NCBI GenBank assembly: GCA_964036045.1
Contig: OZ038379.1
Span: 6,510,001 to 6,574,000, forward strand
Direction: 5' to 3'
DNA: 64,000 nt
Source: Eutreptiella sp. 'Long Island Sound 2002'
Lineage: Eukaryota > Protista > Euglenida
The position numbers were made by a program, and so were the translations under genes. The stretch's first letter is position 1; each line of letters begins with the position of its first letter. Positions 1 to 11,437 of the stretch are shown in pieces. Under the pieces are notes generated by a model that saw only the letters and a program-made list of their open reading frames with translations, searched no databases and had not been told where the DNA came from.

Positions 1-147
1 CAAGGATGAGTGTAAGGCGGAGCACGAGGGCGACACCATTATTTGTGTTCGCCTCGCATCTTCTCGATGCGAACAAGAGAATCTCGAGAAAATGCAGGGG
101 CTTGTTCCGACTGAATTGCTTGTGTCGACGGAGGGAGGCGGCCGACA

Positions 148-223
148 TTAGGAAGCCGTTCTTTCGGAGCCCCACGTGGACGACATCAGTGAAGTCCAAG
201 AAGGCATCCTCGCCGCTTGCATT
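148..223 (-). CDS. Probable next/terminal exon of the gene above (NASGEDAFLDFTDVVHVGSERTAS*)
   Basis: Acceptor ctcAG at 225-224, phase 0 matching the upstream donor, GC3-rich codons, TAA at 150-148. Confidence 0.35.
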
Positions 224-520
224 CTGAGCGGAACGGGATCAGTCGGGGGCATCCCCAAGCCCAGTGCACTAGAGACCTCAGGGGGAGTGCCCCTGAGGCA
301 GCATGGGGTACACTCCCTGCTGAGTGTACACTCCCTGCTAATACAGTCAAAGCATGCGGTTGAATGTGCAGCCAGGGCAAATGAATAATATGCGTCAATA
401 AAGGCTGCCTACAGGAGCTGAGTTTAAGCATTGCGCAGCACTGCCACACCTCCTAAGTAGCCGGTACCAAGGTCACCGGCCATTTCTGAAGTGCTGAAAC
501 GTGGCAAACTGTGAAGACCG

Positions 521-580
521 TAAATAACTGTAAATAACTGTAAATGACTGTAAAGAATCGTAAATCGCTGTAAAAGCACT
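521..580 (+). repeat. 10-bp tandem repeat (TAAATAACTG)x~6, degenerating rightwards
   Basis: Units at 521, 531, 541, 551, 561 and 571; lies in the putative intron 224-804. Confidence 0.75.
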
Positions 581-804
581 TGTACAAAGAACTGTGAAAG
601 AGCCGTACCAAGGCTGCATATGTTCAGGAATCCTGATTCCCCAACCCTCCGCAACCACCACGTCGACAATGAGCAGCACTGAGTGTATGCCATCCGTTTG
701 CCCACCGACCATGCATCCGCCTCTTTGCGCGAACACAGAAGCGCACACGCAAACAAGCCAGCGCGCACACATCCGCGTGCCCACGCGGACACGCGCACTT
801 GTAC

Positions 805-2163
805 CTCGACGATGGGCTGAAACACCCCCTTCACATAGCGGCAGCTCTTGTAGAAGGCGCGCAGGTCACGCTTGTCCGCCTCATCTGCGAGCAGCGCCAC
901 CTCGAACACATCACGGGTCAGCCTGGAGCGTTGCCTTGTTCTCGGGGGCGACTTGTCCTCCTCAGCCTCCTCAGCCTCAGCCTCCTGCGCCTCCGCTACG
1001 GACGGCGGTGGCGGTGACTCCGACCTCGCGGGCCGCGGGCTGCGCGGCAGCGTATCCTCGGGCGCTTCCTCTTCACTTTGTGGATTGCTCGCGGGGCGGA
1101 GCATGGGCCTGTCCCCACTGTCCGACATCACTGACGGCTCTGCATGGGGCAGCAGGGCCTCCACCAGGGCTGCACCACTGCACAGTGCTGGTACACTGCT
1201 GTCCTGTGCCTCGGCGGCCGCCTTGGGTGTCTGCCTCCGCGCGCGACGGGCGGCAGACGCCCCGCGCGCCCCAACCTTGCCCCCACCGCTGCCCAGGGCA
1301 AGTGCGGCGGCGACTTTCCTCACCACCCGCCTGGCACCAGCCCTGGCACTCGTGCTGTGTCGCTCCCGCAGAGCGCGCTTCAATGCACGCTGCACTCGCC
1401 GAACGCACCGTTCAGCCTTGACGGCCCTCTTCCGGTGCTGATCGGCGCTCTTCCGGTGCTGATCGGCGCTCTTCCGGTGCTCCCCCGCGCACTCCGTCCG
1501 CTCCTGCAGCAGCAGGGCGTAGTAGCTGTGCAGCATGTCGGCCAGCACGTCTCGCTTGCAGTCCAGCGACAGCCGCACCCACAGGCTCGGCGCCCCCTCG
1601 TCACGCTCACGCGACAGCCGGAGCCGCGCGGCGGACTCCCGGATCTCCAGCGTCCTGCGCGCCCGGTCCTGCGCCTGCTGCTGCGCCCGCTGCAGCTGCG
1701 CGGCCGCCGCGGCGGCCTCCTGCCGCGACCGCCGGACGTAGTCCCGATGCTCCTCGTCGCGCAGGCGCCGCCAGTGCCCGTCGCCACAATCCTCCAGCTC
1801 GGCCCGGCGGCGGTCCTCGTGCCGCTCGAGGCTGGGGGACACGGGCACGTTCAGGGTCACCCGCCGCTCGCGTGGCGGACTGGCGGGGGCGGCGGGCGGG
1901 GGCCGGAGGGAGGCGGGGGGCCTAGCGGGACGGCGTTTGAGGGCTGGGGGCGGCGGGGCCTTGGGGGGCGGGGCGGCGCGCACAGCGGGAGCGTGAGGGG
2001 CTTGCGGGACGGAGGCGGACGGCTTGGCGGACGGCACGCCCACAGCGGGTGGCACAACAGGCATTGGTGGTCCGAGAGGAGGAGGAGGTTGCTTGGCAAC
2101 GGCGGGTGTAGGAGCTGGAGGGGTAGTGATGGGAGCTTGCAGGACGGGGGCTGGTGGCCGCAC
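805..2163 (-). CDS. Large exon of an unknown Pro-rich/coiled-coil protein; 5' end uncertain
   Basis: GC-rich 453-codon open frame ending at a phase-0 donor GAG|GTACAA (GT at 804-803). Pro-rich N-part, E/R/A/Q coiled-coil-like middle, 21-bp x3 repeat (HRKSADQ) at ~1424-1480. No family motif recognised. Confidence 0.5.
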
Positions 2164-2759
2164 GGCGGGGGCTGAGAGCCCGGGGGTCGGCGCAGACGTT
2201 GATGACGTGGCGGTGGTCTGAGCGCATTCCGCAGTCGCTCTCGGGGGACGTGCCGGGAGAAGTGGTCTCCACGTGCGGTTGCGAGGGATTGGATCTGGGG
2301 CAGGGACATGGGCAGAGGGGGGGCGGCACCCAACCAGGTTTCAAGGAGGATGGAGTGAGTTGGGGGGCAGCAAGTAATGATGAGGACTTTGTTTAAAAAA
2401 AAAACATCGTTCCACAACCGCTTGAGGAACGGGTTGTTTTAGTGCTGTGCACAAGTAAACCCATTCATTCAATCAAATCCAACCTCTGACTAGCCTGAAG
2501 TGCCTTAGTAATACCACAAGCAATGGCGCAACCAATAGCATAAGCGATTGGTTCACACATGGCAGCAGTAGCAGATGATGTCTGCGGGCCACAGTCAGTG
2601 TGGACACCCCCCTCCCCGACCCCACATCTCCAAGGCCTTTGGGAGGATGGACTTCATGCGATATATGGCCTGCAATGCCTTTCGTCCACACTGTTTGTCT
2701 GCCGGCTGACTTGACTGATTGTGTGTCGTACCTGTACACCCACTTCCCCTCGTTTCACC

Positions 2760-4250
2760 TCAGAGGCACAGTAAAAAAAGGCAGGGGCACACTGTCAAAC
2801 CTAATGCCTTCCGCCCTCCAGTGACCACCGGACGCGGTTGCTTGCAGCCTCGCTTCTGTTTTGGCGGCGGGGCTCGGGCGGCCGTCGGAAGTCGCTTGCG
2901 ACGTGTGTGATGGCCCATCGGCGCTGCCGTGATGCCATTGCATTTGTCCGCACCATCAGCCGAGGTTGGTGAGGTCGCCACCCCCCCCACTGGAGGTCCA
3001 CTCGAGTGGCAGATTGGGTCCAAGCGCTTCCCCTGGGCAGCATCGCCAGCATCCTCAAGAACACCGCCTGATGGCGTTGAAGTGACGGTCTCACCGGGGC
3101 TTGGCTTTGAAGATGGGGCAGTTCGAGGAGGGGGTGGGCCATCCGGCCGGCCTTCTGTGTGGCTGTGCTCCAGAGCCGTGGGTTCGGCCTGGGACACTTG
3201 CTTGGCAGCGGGCTGAAGGGCGAGTGCTGCCGAGGCTCCACCACAAGACTCAACAAGGGGACTGCCTATGGACAGTGCCGTCGCGGAGCCCACGCAACTC
3301 CGCTGCGAAGCAGGTCCAGCCGAAGGGGGCATCGAGGGCCTCCCGGGTACATCATCGAAAGACGGCCACGTTGTGGTTGCCTGTGCAGACCCCTGCTTCC
3401 CAACAGCGGGTCTGGGGTGCGGGCCTTTGTCATGATCCTGTGCCGGCATACTGCCTGGGGGCAGCACCACAGCAGCGCTCTTGGACACCTGCTCCGCAGC
3501 CAGCCCAAGTGGAGGTGATGCGAAGGCATTCACTGTGACATCGTCATTGCTGCGTGGCCCCATGGGACAGCCTGGGGGCAGCGCTGTGGTCCAGCCACCG
3601 GATCCATCGTGATCGAGTGGAGGTGATGTGGTGCACTCCATTGCAGCGCCATCGCCCTCGTCATCGCCCTCGGTGCGTGACGCAGGCACAGACCCCTGAT
3701 TCGCAGCAGGGCCACTTGGAGTTGATGGCGAGCGTTTTGTCAGGGGCCTGCCCTCAAGACTAAGACCAGTGCCGGGGGGCAGTGTTGTGGTTGGGATTGC
3801 GGAGCCCTGTCCTGCGACGGAATCATCGGTAGACTCAGGGGCACCCTTCGAGGGCAGTGTGGCCATTGCTGTACAAAGTCGCTTTGCAAGAGGGTGGCTT
3901 TGATTAGGCATTGGGCGCTTCTTGGGGGCGGTGCCACCGGCCGCGTCGTGAGGAGACGCAGGGACGTAGGGACGAGAAGGATGTAGGGAGGAGAGATAGG
4001 GAGCATCATCACTGGTACTTTCAGCCGTGTCCTCAGCCTTGCACGCGGTGGTCTTGGCCTTCATTTGACTGCATGAAGAGGGCAGGATAGGACTCCACAA
4101 GAAATCAACACAACACGTGTGCCAGCCCCCCCTCACCCCAGAGGGACAGCAATGGGTAGGCACAGCACTTGTGAGCAGAGGGACAACTGTCCCACTCTCA
4201 CCTACGAAAAATGGTGTCCCCCAGTGGCTTGGGATAAGCAATGCAGACAA
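2760..4250 (-). other. Low-complexity P/S/T/A ORF (496 aa), probably a repetitive-element remnant
   Basis: Internally repeated TTxLPPG-type modules; the block GGTAPKKRPMP and its flanks are homologous to 6540-6680. No domain recognised. Confidence 0.25.
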
Positions 4251-6190
4251 TCCATTCCTAAAGACCCAAACTGGTGTGTGCGCCTGCGATCACCCTGCCC
4301 CCCCCTTAAAATCTTCCCCCTGCAGCACGCGATGGCCTCCCATGGGGGGGGGGGGGGCGGTCGCCAAATGACAGTCTCCCGGAGGGGGTGTGGGGGGGCA
4401 AGGGTATCTCAAGGCAAACTGCAGTACCCTCCAGTGATGCAAGCAAACAAAACACAGGTGAAGCAACTTTTGCATTGTTGCGGTGCCAATGTCATTCATG
4501 CAACACCAATGCTATTGCAGATCCACAGGAACGGTAAAGAAATTCTAGGTATGAGAATAGCACACTTTGAACTGTTGCAAATGTTCAGTTTGCATGACGG
4601 GCACTGGGTGATTGCAAGGGGGTGGGAGGGTACCAACCGGCGACACTTACTCAGCCTTTGGCAAATCCCACTCCCAACAGACACCTTGGAGTAGGGGGTC
4701 TGGGGTGGGTGAGTGGGGGAGGGGAGGAAGTATCGAGGGTTGTCTTCTTCCTAGCTGTGTGGCAAGCTGGTTTTCCCTTGCATGATCCTTGCACCTGTCC
4801 TCGCTATTACGTGAGCAATGGTCCTACCCTTGACCTGAGAGGGGCTAGGGACTCTGGTGGTGAGCTCAGTGGGACCAAGAGTTCCGACCTTACTGGACCC
4901 ATGCCACAAAAGGGACCCCTTGCCATTCCTGTCCTCTCTGTGGGCATGCGCAGCTGCCCGCAAGGCTTTTGGTTGGGTCAGCCATGGCCTTAGGAAAAGA
5001 GGGTGGGGAAATTAAAGGTTCCACCTGCACCTTTGCTTGGCTCATTTTAATTAGGTTACCCCGCATCCCCACCCCCTGCCTTACCGAACTGCAGGCAGAC
5101 CTGGCAAAGGCCACCACAACCACTCCCCTCACCCCACCAAGGAGCTGCCGTGAGTGTGATGTCCTCTGGCAAGCCTCACCAGACCTGCGGACCCGGTCCT
5201 GTGCTCTGGTGGCTCGGCCCCGACCTCGTGCATCATGTCTCGGACTGTGTACCACTGCCCCTGTGTCTCCGACACCGTGGCACATTGTGGGACCTGCAGT
5301 GGCTGCCACTGCCTGCGTGTGAGCGCAGATACTCCACCGGCTGCTTTACGCAAGGCCTCGGTGCCCCCACTCATGACTATGAATTATCATGGCCGTGCAT
5401 GCATGCGTACATGTGCATGGGCATGTGTCGGGCAGGCTTCACTGCACCTGGGTTGCCCAGGGTCTGCGGTGGCCTTGTAGCTCCGAACCCATTACTGGGG
5501 AGCCTGGGACAACCTGACAGGTCTGCCGTAGTACCTTCAGGGATGGCGCTTCAGGAGCTGTCACGACTGGTGCTGGGCACACTCCCTGCCCCTCTGGTAG
5601 ACTACCCTGTTTAAGAGAGCCACCTACCAAGAGCTACTGGATTGCAACCAGTCAAGGGCACATGACTTCAAAGAGGAGTGGGAGGGAGAGATGATGTAAA
5701 TTGGCGTATGAAAAACGCACTGTTGTGGTGGGGGCTGGGGGGGTGGGTCTGCAGGACTTGACCTAGAGAGCGTGGACCCCATGCTCACCGTTGGACACAC
5801 CGGGCGATGCCCGAAGGTTGTGGTTGGGGGGCAGGGGGTCGCGGCCGCACACCCCACGCCCCCAATGCGACATGGCGGTCAACACATGCACCTCCTGGTA
5901 TGGATATGCAGCAAGGTTCCAGGGTAATAGGGTCACAAGAGTCTGTCTTGCGTAGTTGCATGTGTGTCATCAAGCTTCCTTCGACTGACGCCAGCAACGC
6001 CCTAGCCCGGGCGACTGGGGCAGGTGGGCCCAAAACGGCAATGCAGCAGGTGGGAATCGAAGCACAGAAGGTGGTCCAAGGCTGATGAACTAGCCATGAG
6101 TGACACATCGGCTGTTTGGGTCCATGCGCTTTTGTCGCGGGTCTTAGTGCCAACCACACGATCAGTGAGTGATGCAGAACATGCACTGAA

Positions 6191-6976
6191 TCAAGGGAGA
6201 CACCTCAATCCAGTTGGAGAGCAAACTTCCACCTCTTCCACCTCGGACTTGCAAACTTCTACCTCTTCCACCTCTTCCACCTCTTCCACCTCTTCCACCT
6301 CGGACTTGCAAACTTCTACCTCTTCCACCTCTTCCACCTTGCCGAAGGTTTTTTCACCACCCCTGGTAGCCCCGCAGACGTTGGCGGAAGAGTTCGGATT
6401 ACAGCAGGCTGTCGCTTTAAGCCTCAACGCGGTCGCACATGCGATGTGGCACGCCATTGGTGGGATCGGCAGGCGTGGTGGGGATCGGTATGCACTGGCG
6501 GTCATGGGCACCGGAGGTATTGGCATCGTGGCTGGGTCCCGGGTGATGGGCGGCATCGGGCGCTTCGTTGGGGCGGTGCCACCGGCAGCAGCGACAGTAG
6601 ACTGGTGGAGAGCATCATCACCGGTACCTTCAGTCATGTTCGCAGCCACGCAGAAGGTGGTCTCGGCGTCCATTCGACCACATGAAGACGGGGGCGGCTG
6701 GGTCACTTGGGTTGTGGAGGAGATCGTAGTGGTGGGTGACGCGTTGGTGGCATGGGTCACCGTTGGGAAGGGTGTCGGCATCTGCCGGCTGCCTGTCTGC
6801 TTGAGCTTGGGCATTGGGATGCGGGGGGGCATGTGCTGCACGGGTCTTGAGGTGCCGCAGAATGGGAGGGGCCACTGGACGCTGTCCACGGGACGGGATT
6901 TTCCATGGGTCTCTGGTCTGGGCTGAGACCTCGCAGAGGGCCATCTGAGCTGAAGCTTCTCTTGGGGGCAGGACAT
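6191..6976 (-). other. Low-complexity ORF (261 aa) paralogous to 2760-4250, with a 9-bp (CTCTTCCAC) repeat tract
   Basis: Shares GGTAPTKRPMP and flanking DNA with ~3900-4060; EEV repeats at ~6224-6340. Confidence 0.25.
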
Positions 6977-7409
6977 GGCAGTGCAACCTGGGGAGTGGGT
7001 GTGAAGGAGGAGGAGTCACCGGCCACCCCCTCCATTGGACACCCCCGTTGAGGAACGTCTCCCATGGGAGCACCCTGCGTAGGCTGCTACAATAGTTTCT
7101 ATGCGAGTAGCTGAACGCAAGGGCCGCCGCCACCATTGTGTCCCTCCTGCTTGCGGGTGCCCTGCGGCCCTGCAGCCCGGCATCCTAGTCAGGTCGCACG
7201 ATGTGCGTGGAGCATCAAGGGCTTGGACTGTAGGGGCGCAAGAAAAGGCTTACACTGAAAAATATCAAGGAACCTTTGCATTTCTTCGGAGCCCATACAC
7301 AGGTGAGTGCAGGGCCAGCCCAGTGTATGTAGCGCACATAGGGCCTGGGCCTAGAATTATGTACACAGCTGACTACAGAGCAGGGTTTTGGCGTAGGAGC
7401 TCATGATAA

Positions 7410-8262
7410 CCCTCCCCTCCCTTTGCGCAAGCACGCTGAAAATCAGGAAAATGACAGTCAGACGGGGTCCCGTGCTTTGCCATAATCTGACGATGGTGGT
7501 CACCCTCCGGCATCACACCACTAACACCTCATTTCGTTTGTTCAAGTTAAGCAGCGGAGCCGCGATCATCATTGTGTCCAAAAGCAGCGGAGCTTCGGCC
7601 ACCATTCCAACAAGGAGGCGAAGTCACCGGAATGTGTTCCGTTGTCCCTGGTGTGCGCATCCTGTGCAGCTGCCCTCCCCAGATAGGTCACAGTGCCTTT
7701 AGGCGTTCAGGTACCCCTATTGAGTACCCCTGCCCTTGCCCTTGCACTCGCCTCCTTAATCGCTGCCACTCACTTACATCCGTGCCGAACCCTGAGTCCT
7801 CGGAGTCCCTCAACGACTCTGTTGCCGTGTCTGTGACTGGAAACTCGCTTGAGCTGGACTCGCCGTGGCTGCCCACACCTCCCCTGTGCAAGCGTGTTGA
7901 GCTGACGTGCATGTTGTACCCACGCCCCCACCACAACGGCTGTACTGAAGACCACGATGACGCCGATCCCACGGAGGACGACACATCCGACCGCATTGGC
8001 TGCAGGCCAAGCTGCACCCACACTGGCTCCATGGGCGCGGCTCCTCCGATCGGCGATGCTTGTTGTTTGGGTGTTTTCCCTCCCCTTTTCAGCCGAGGCA
8101 TCTGCCTGATCATTGCCCCCGACGTTTAAATGTGATGCTGTCCAGATGATTTTGAGCTGGGACCCTGCCTCTTGTCACAATTCCCATGCTTAGCTTCAAT
8201 GACGCATTGGCCGTCACCCCGGGAATTCCCGTGATTAGACAAGGCCGTGCTTGCGCACGACG
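7410..8262. mobile_element. End of a TA/TIR-family element, split by a ~750-bp RNase H-bearing insert
   Basis: 7410-7477 (CCCTCCCCTCCCTTTGCGCAAGCACG...GGGGTCCCGTGCTT) matches the ends at 8639 and 30541. The end sequence resumes at 8229 (CCCGTGATTAGACAAGGCCGTGCTTGCGC). CCCGTG(C/A)TT is present at both junctions. Confidence 0.6.
7690..8228 (-). pseudogene. Decayed retroelement-type RNase H C-terminal half plus tail
   Basis: Reads (with stops) RPMRH*S*AWEL*QEAGSQLKIIWTASHLNVGGNDQADASAEKG, matching the RNase H W-x-x-S-H...GN-x-x-AD motif. Followed by VWVQLGLQPM and FGTDVS motifs shared with other copies here. Confidence 0.7.
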
Positions 8263-8379
8263 TACACTACCTGACTGCCCTCGTGTTGGGGAGGCCTCTG
8301 GAGGTGCTGGAGAAGGGCTGCGGATTGGGAAAATGGAACATGGTCCAAAAGTTAAGTGTTGATGTGGTGCTGTTTGGTC

Positions 8380-8630
8380 CTGGAGGGTTGCAATTGATTT
8401 ATGGTGGCTTGATGTTGATTGCTGGTGGTTGCTGTTACTTTTCCTGGTGGTTGCTGTTAATACCTGATGTGTTGTTGTTGGGTCCTAGAGGGTTGCTGTT
8501 AATTCCTGGTAGCTTGCTGTTGATTGCTGGTTGCTTCTTGTTGATTGCTGGTGGTTATTGTTACTTCCTGGTGGTTGTTGCTAACTCCTGCGGGGTTGTT
8601 GTTCATTCCTGGTGACTTGCTATTGATTGC
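8380..8630 (+). repeat. Degenerate (TTGCTG/TTGATTGCTGGTGG) tandem repeat
   Basis: Multiple imperfect copies of TTGATTGCTGGTGGTTG; TG-skewed. Confidence 0.55.
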
Positions 8631-8638
8631 TGGTGGTA

Positions 8639-9221
8639 CCCCGCCCCCCCCTTGCGCAAGCACGGTCGCGGTCCCAAAAGTCAGGTCAAAACGGCGGTTC
8701 AACGCCCACCCCGTGCTGAGACAAGGCCGTGCATGCGTGTGACACATGTGACAGCAAACGTGTGGGGGAGCCCTCAGATGGGGATGGCGAGGGGCTAGGA
8801 ATGGGGAAGGGCAATTTATCAAAAGCGGCATTGTGCTCAATCTCCTTCCCATTTCACATGTACTTCAAATGGATGTAGTTGTCCCCATGACGAGAGGGAC
8901 CGATAATAGTGGCAGACGCATGTTCCCCAGTGCTCTGAACGTATGTGACAGCTATGCCAGGCATAACATTGTTAGCCATGGCTGAAGATCACATCAGAAC
9001 AAACACCATGGGGTTGCAATGTGTGGTACAATGTTATTATGAAGAGAATGCACCATCACAAACATGACTGAGGCCCTCTTTCCCTGTACAAGCGCTCTAC
9101 AAACACCCAATCCTTCCTTTCTGGACCATGAAAACAGCGGTCCTAAAATTTCCTCAAAACGGCGGTTCAACACCCACCCCGTGCTTAGACAAGGCCGTGC
9201 ATGCGCAAGGGGGGGGGAGGG
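8639..9221 (-). mobile_element. 583-bp non-autonomous TIR element with TA target-site duplication
   Basis: TA|CCCCGCCCCCCCCTTGCGCAAGCACGG ... CCGTGCATGCGCAAGGGGGGGGGAGGG|TA. Subterminal direct repeats at ~8685-8735 and ~9155-9207. Interior homologous to 30103-30330 in the opposite orientation. Confidence 0.8.
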
Positions 9222-10622
9222 TACATGTTACGCTGTTCGGTGGCTGCTTTTTCTTGGCCGCCTGGATGGCCTTTTGGAGGCCACTGTTTATTTTCTTGAG
9301 ACGTCAAGATGGCACGTACCAGTCTGATTGCCTGCCAATGCTTCTTGTATCCTGTTTGGACGCTGTCATTTATTTTATGGAGTGCTGTCATCACATGATA
9401 TCCACAAATGCTGCCCGCATGCAACACACAACTGCACCATCCCAAAAATCCAAACCCTACATCCCCAACCAGTCCAAGTTCGTAGAGGAGAAGGAGAGTG
9501 CGTTCATGGGTGTTGGTTGGGCACCCATTAGGGCTGTTCTTATGTGTATGTATGCCACTAGTGGTGCCTTTTCATGGTGGTGCGCTATGCTATGACTACC
9601 CAGCGCTGCAAGATTTGTAGCGCTTTTGTTTTCGTATGTGATGTGACTTGCTTGTTCCATAGTGTTTGCATCTTTTGGTTGAACACCAAAGTCAGCTCTG
9701 CTTTGGTAGATGCTGGACGTCCGGGTTGTGGCACCCTGTATCCTACCAATTCATCGAGGTTTTGGATGGATGGGTTTGGTGTACCTTTCTGTGGTCTTGT
9801 GATACCATGTAGACACTGACTTTGGCTGGAGATCTCGTGTATGTGTACAACGCATATATGAAGTGAACAACTTCATAGCAATTGCTGACATAAGGGGGGT
9901 ATGTGCACCGCGCGTGCACCACACGCTAGTTTGCATAAACCCCTCCTTCCACAGACATTGCACAATCATTCGCCGCCCAAGCTGTGTTGGACATGAGTCA
10001 ACACATATGCCGGTTACATGAAATCGGGGGAAGTGTCACGTGAGTGTTGACAAGTGTCACACGAGTGACTCGCATGACACTCAGGGGGGGGGGGGGGAAT
10101 ATATTTTTCATGTAATTTTTTTTGAGTGTCAGCGCAAGTGTACCCCCAGTTTTTTGTTTTTTTTTGAGTGTCAACGCGAGTGCTGATGAAAAAAAATCCA
10201 ATGTGACCGCCATTGCTACTTGGAGGAGTAAGGCAAACTCACCCCGAGGACATTTTGGGTACTTTTGGGCAAGACAATAAGGGCATGAAGCAGATGGATG
10301 ATAACAAGGATGGGACGGGAGACCAATGGGTGGGCATTGGATACACCGCAAGTAGCAGGGGTAGATTAGGGTCTATCGGGTTTGATGAGCGGAGGGAAAA
10401 GGAGAGGAAGGGGTTGAGGGGGAATTAAATATTGGATACACTGCACCTAAAAATGCAGTGTACAACACGTTAGTTATTGTGAGATTGGGGAGAGAGGAGG
10501 TGAAAAAAGGGGCATGGTGCCTAGGGAGCGTTGTTCACAATGTCTTGAACATGCGTCACAAAGGCTGGTGGCATGCGTTCGGCAATGAACATGCCCAAAT
10601 CAGCACTGGGGTCCGTGTGTAA

Positions 10623-10930
10623 TTATTGCTGCAGCAAACATATGGAATGATAACCACAAGCCCAACCATCAAGGCGTTGGAAACCCAAAGGCTTGGCAAT
10701 TAGTGGGATGCCTTTGTCGCAAAGCTGCTGAATAAGGGGGCGCATGTACAACTCACTTCCCGTGGCATCCCGCAAATACACGTGCATGGCAGGTTCAACT
10801 GCCCCCAACACAAACCAATGGACCCCGGAAGAACAATCGCTATTCATAAAAAAAAAACGAACGCTTTGGGTGACATCGTGCGATCACACTTGTCTACGTG
10901 CTGCTTGAGATTATCACACCAAGCCAAGGC
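10623..10930 (-). pseudogene. Ulp1/C48-like cysteine protease fragment, probably transposon-borne
   Basis: MNSDCSSGVHWFVLG...YLRDATG...GFQRLDGWACGYH shows the clan CE H..D..Q-x5-CG spacing. An upstream PWLGCDNL segment is out of frame across an A10 run at 10848-10857. Confidence 0.55.
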
Positions 10931-11368
10931 CTTTGACTGGGCCCTTGGCTCGAGGACCTCTCCCATGCACTAGACAGCTTCTTGGTAGGCACAAATCCAT
11001 TCAAGCTCGGAGACTTGTGCCTTCAAGACGGCATTGTGGGGTGGGGTCATTCTTTGTGTACCTCTCCTCATGGGTTGAGTCTCCTTCGGAAAGATACTCA
11101 CCATCCTTTGGAGGAGGGGGGTTCTTGCAAGCCGCCCCACCCCAAATCGGCGAAGATATCTCAACCAATTGGCGGAACAAACCGGCGGACCAATTTTTCA
11201 GCAAAACTGGTTCCCAATGCCATGGATCTCAGTCCCAGGCCGTAAATACACCTTCCTTTTGGTTGCTCTATAGTTGGAGTCATGTGGAAACCAAAAAAAC
11301 ATGTCTCAATTTTCGAAATTTTCATCTATCGGTCTATACACGGTTCGCAAGGATGAATATGGTAGTGT

Positions 11369-11437
11369 AAGGCAATGGTTCAGCGGTAAATGCCGCGGTT
11401 TGCAAATCGGTTGGCGGTGGTTCAATTCCCAAAGGGA
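11369..11437 (+). pseudogene. tRNA-like remnant (Cys-GCA-like) or tRNA-derived SINE head
   Basis: A-box TGGTTCAGCGGTAA, loop TTGCAAA, B-box GGTTCAATTCC, followed by a T-run. Anticodon and acceptor stems pair poorly. Confidence 0.45.

Noticed and set aside
4480-4640. piggyBac-type Cys-rich domain (TQCPSCKLNICNSSKC, minus) or Ulp1-like HW motif (plus)
   Set aside because: Short motifs on opposite strands with no supporting context.
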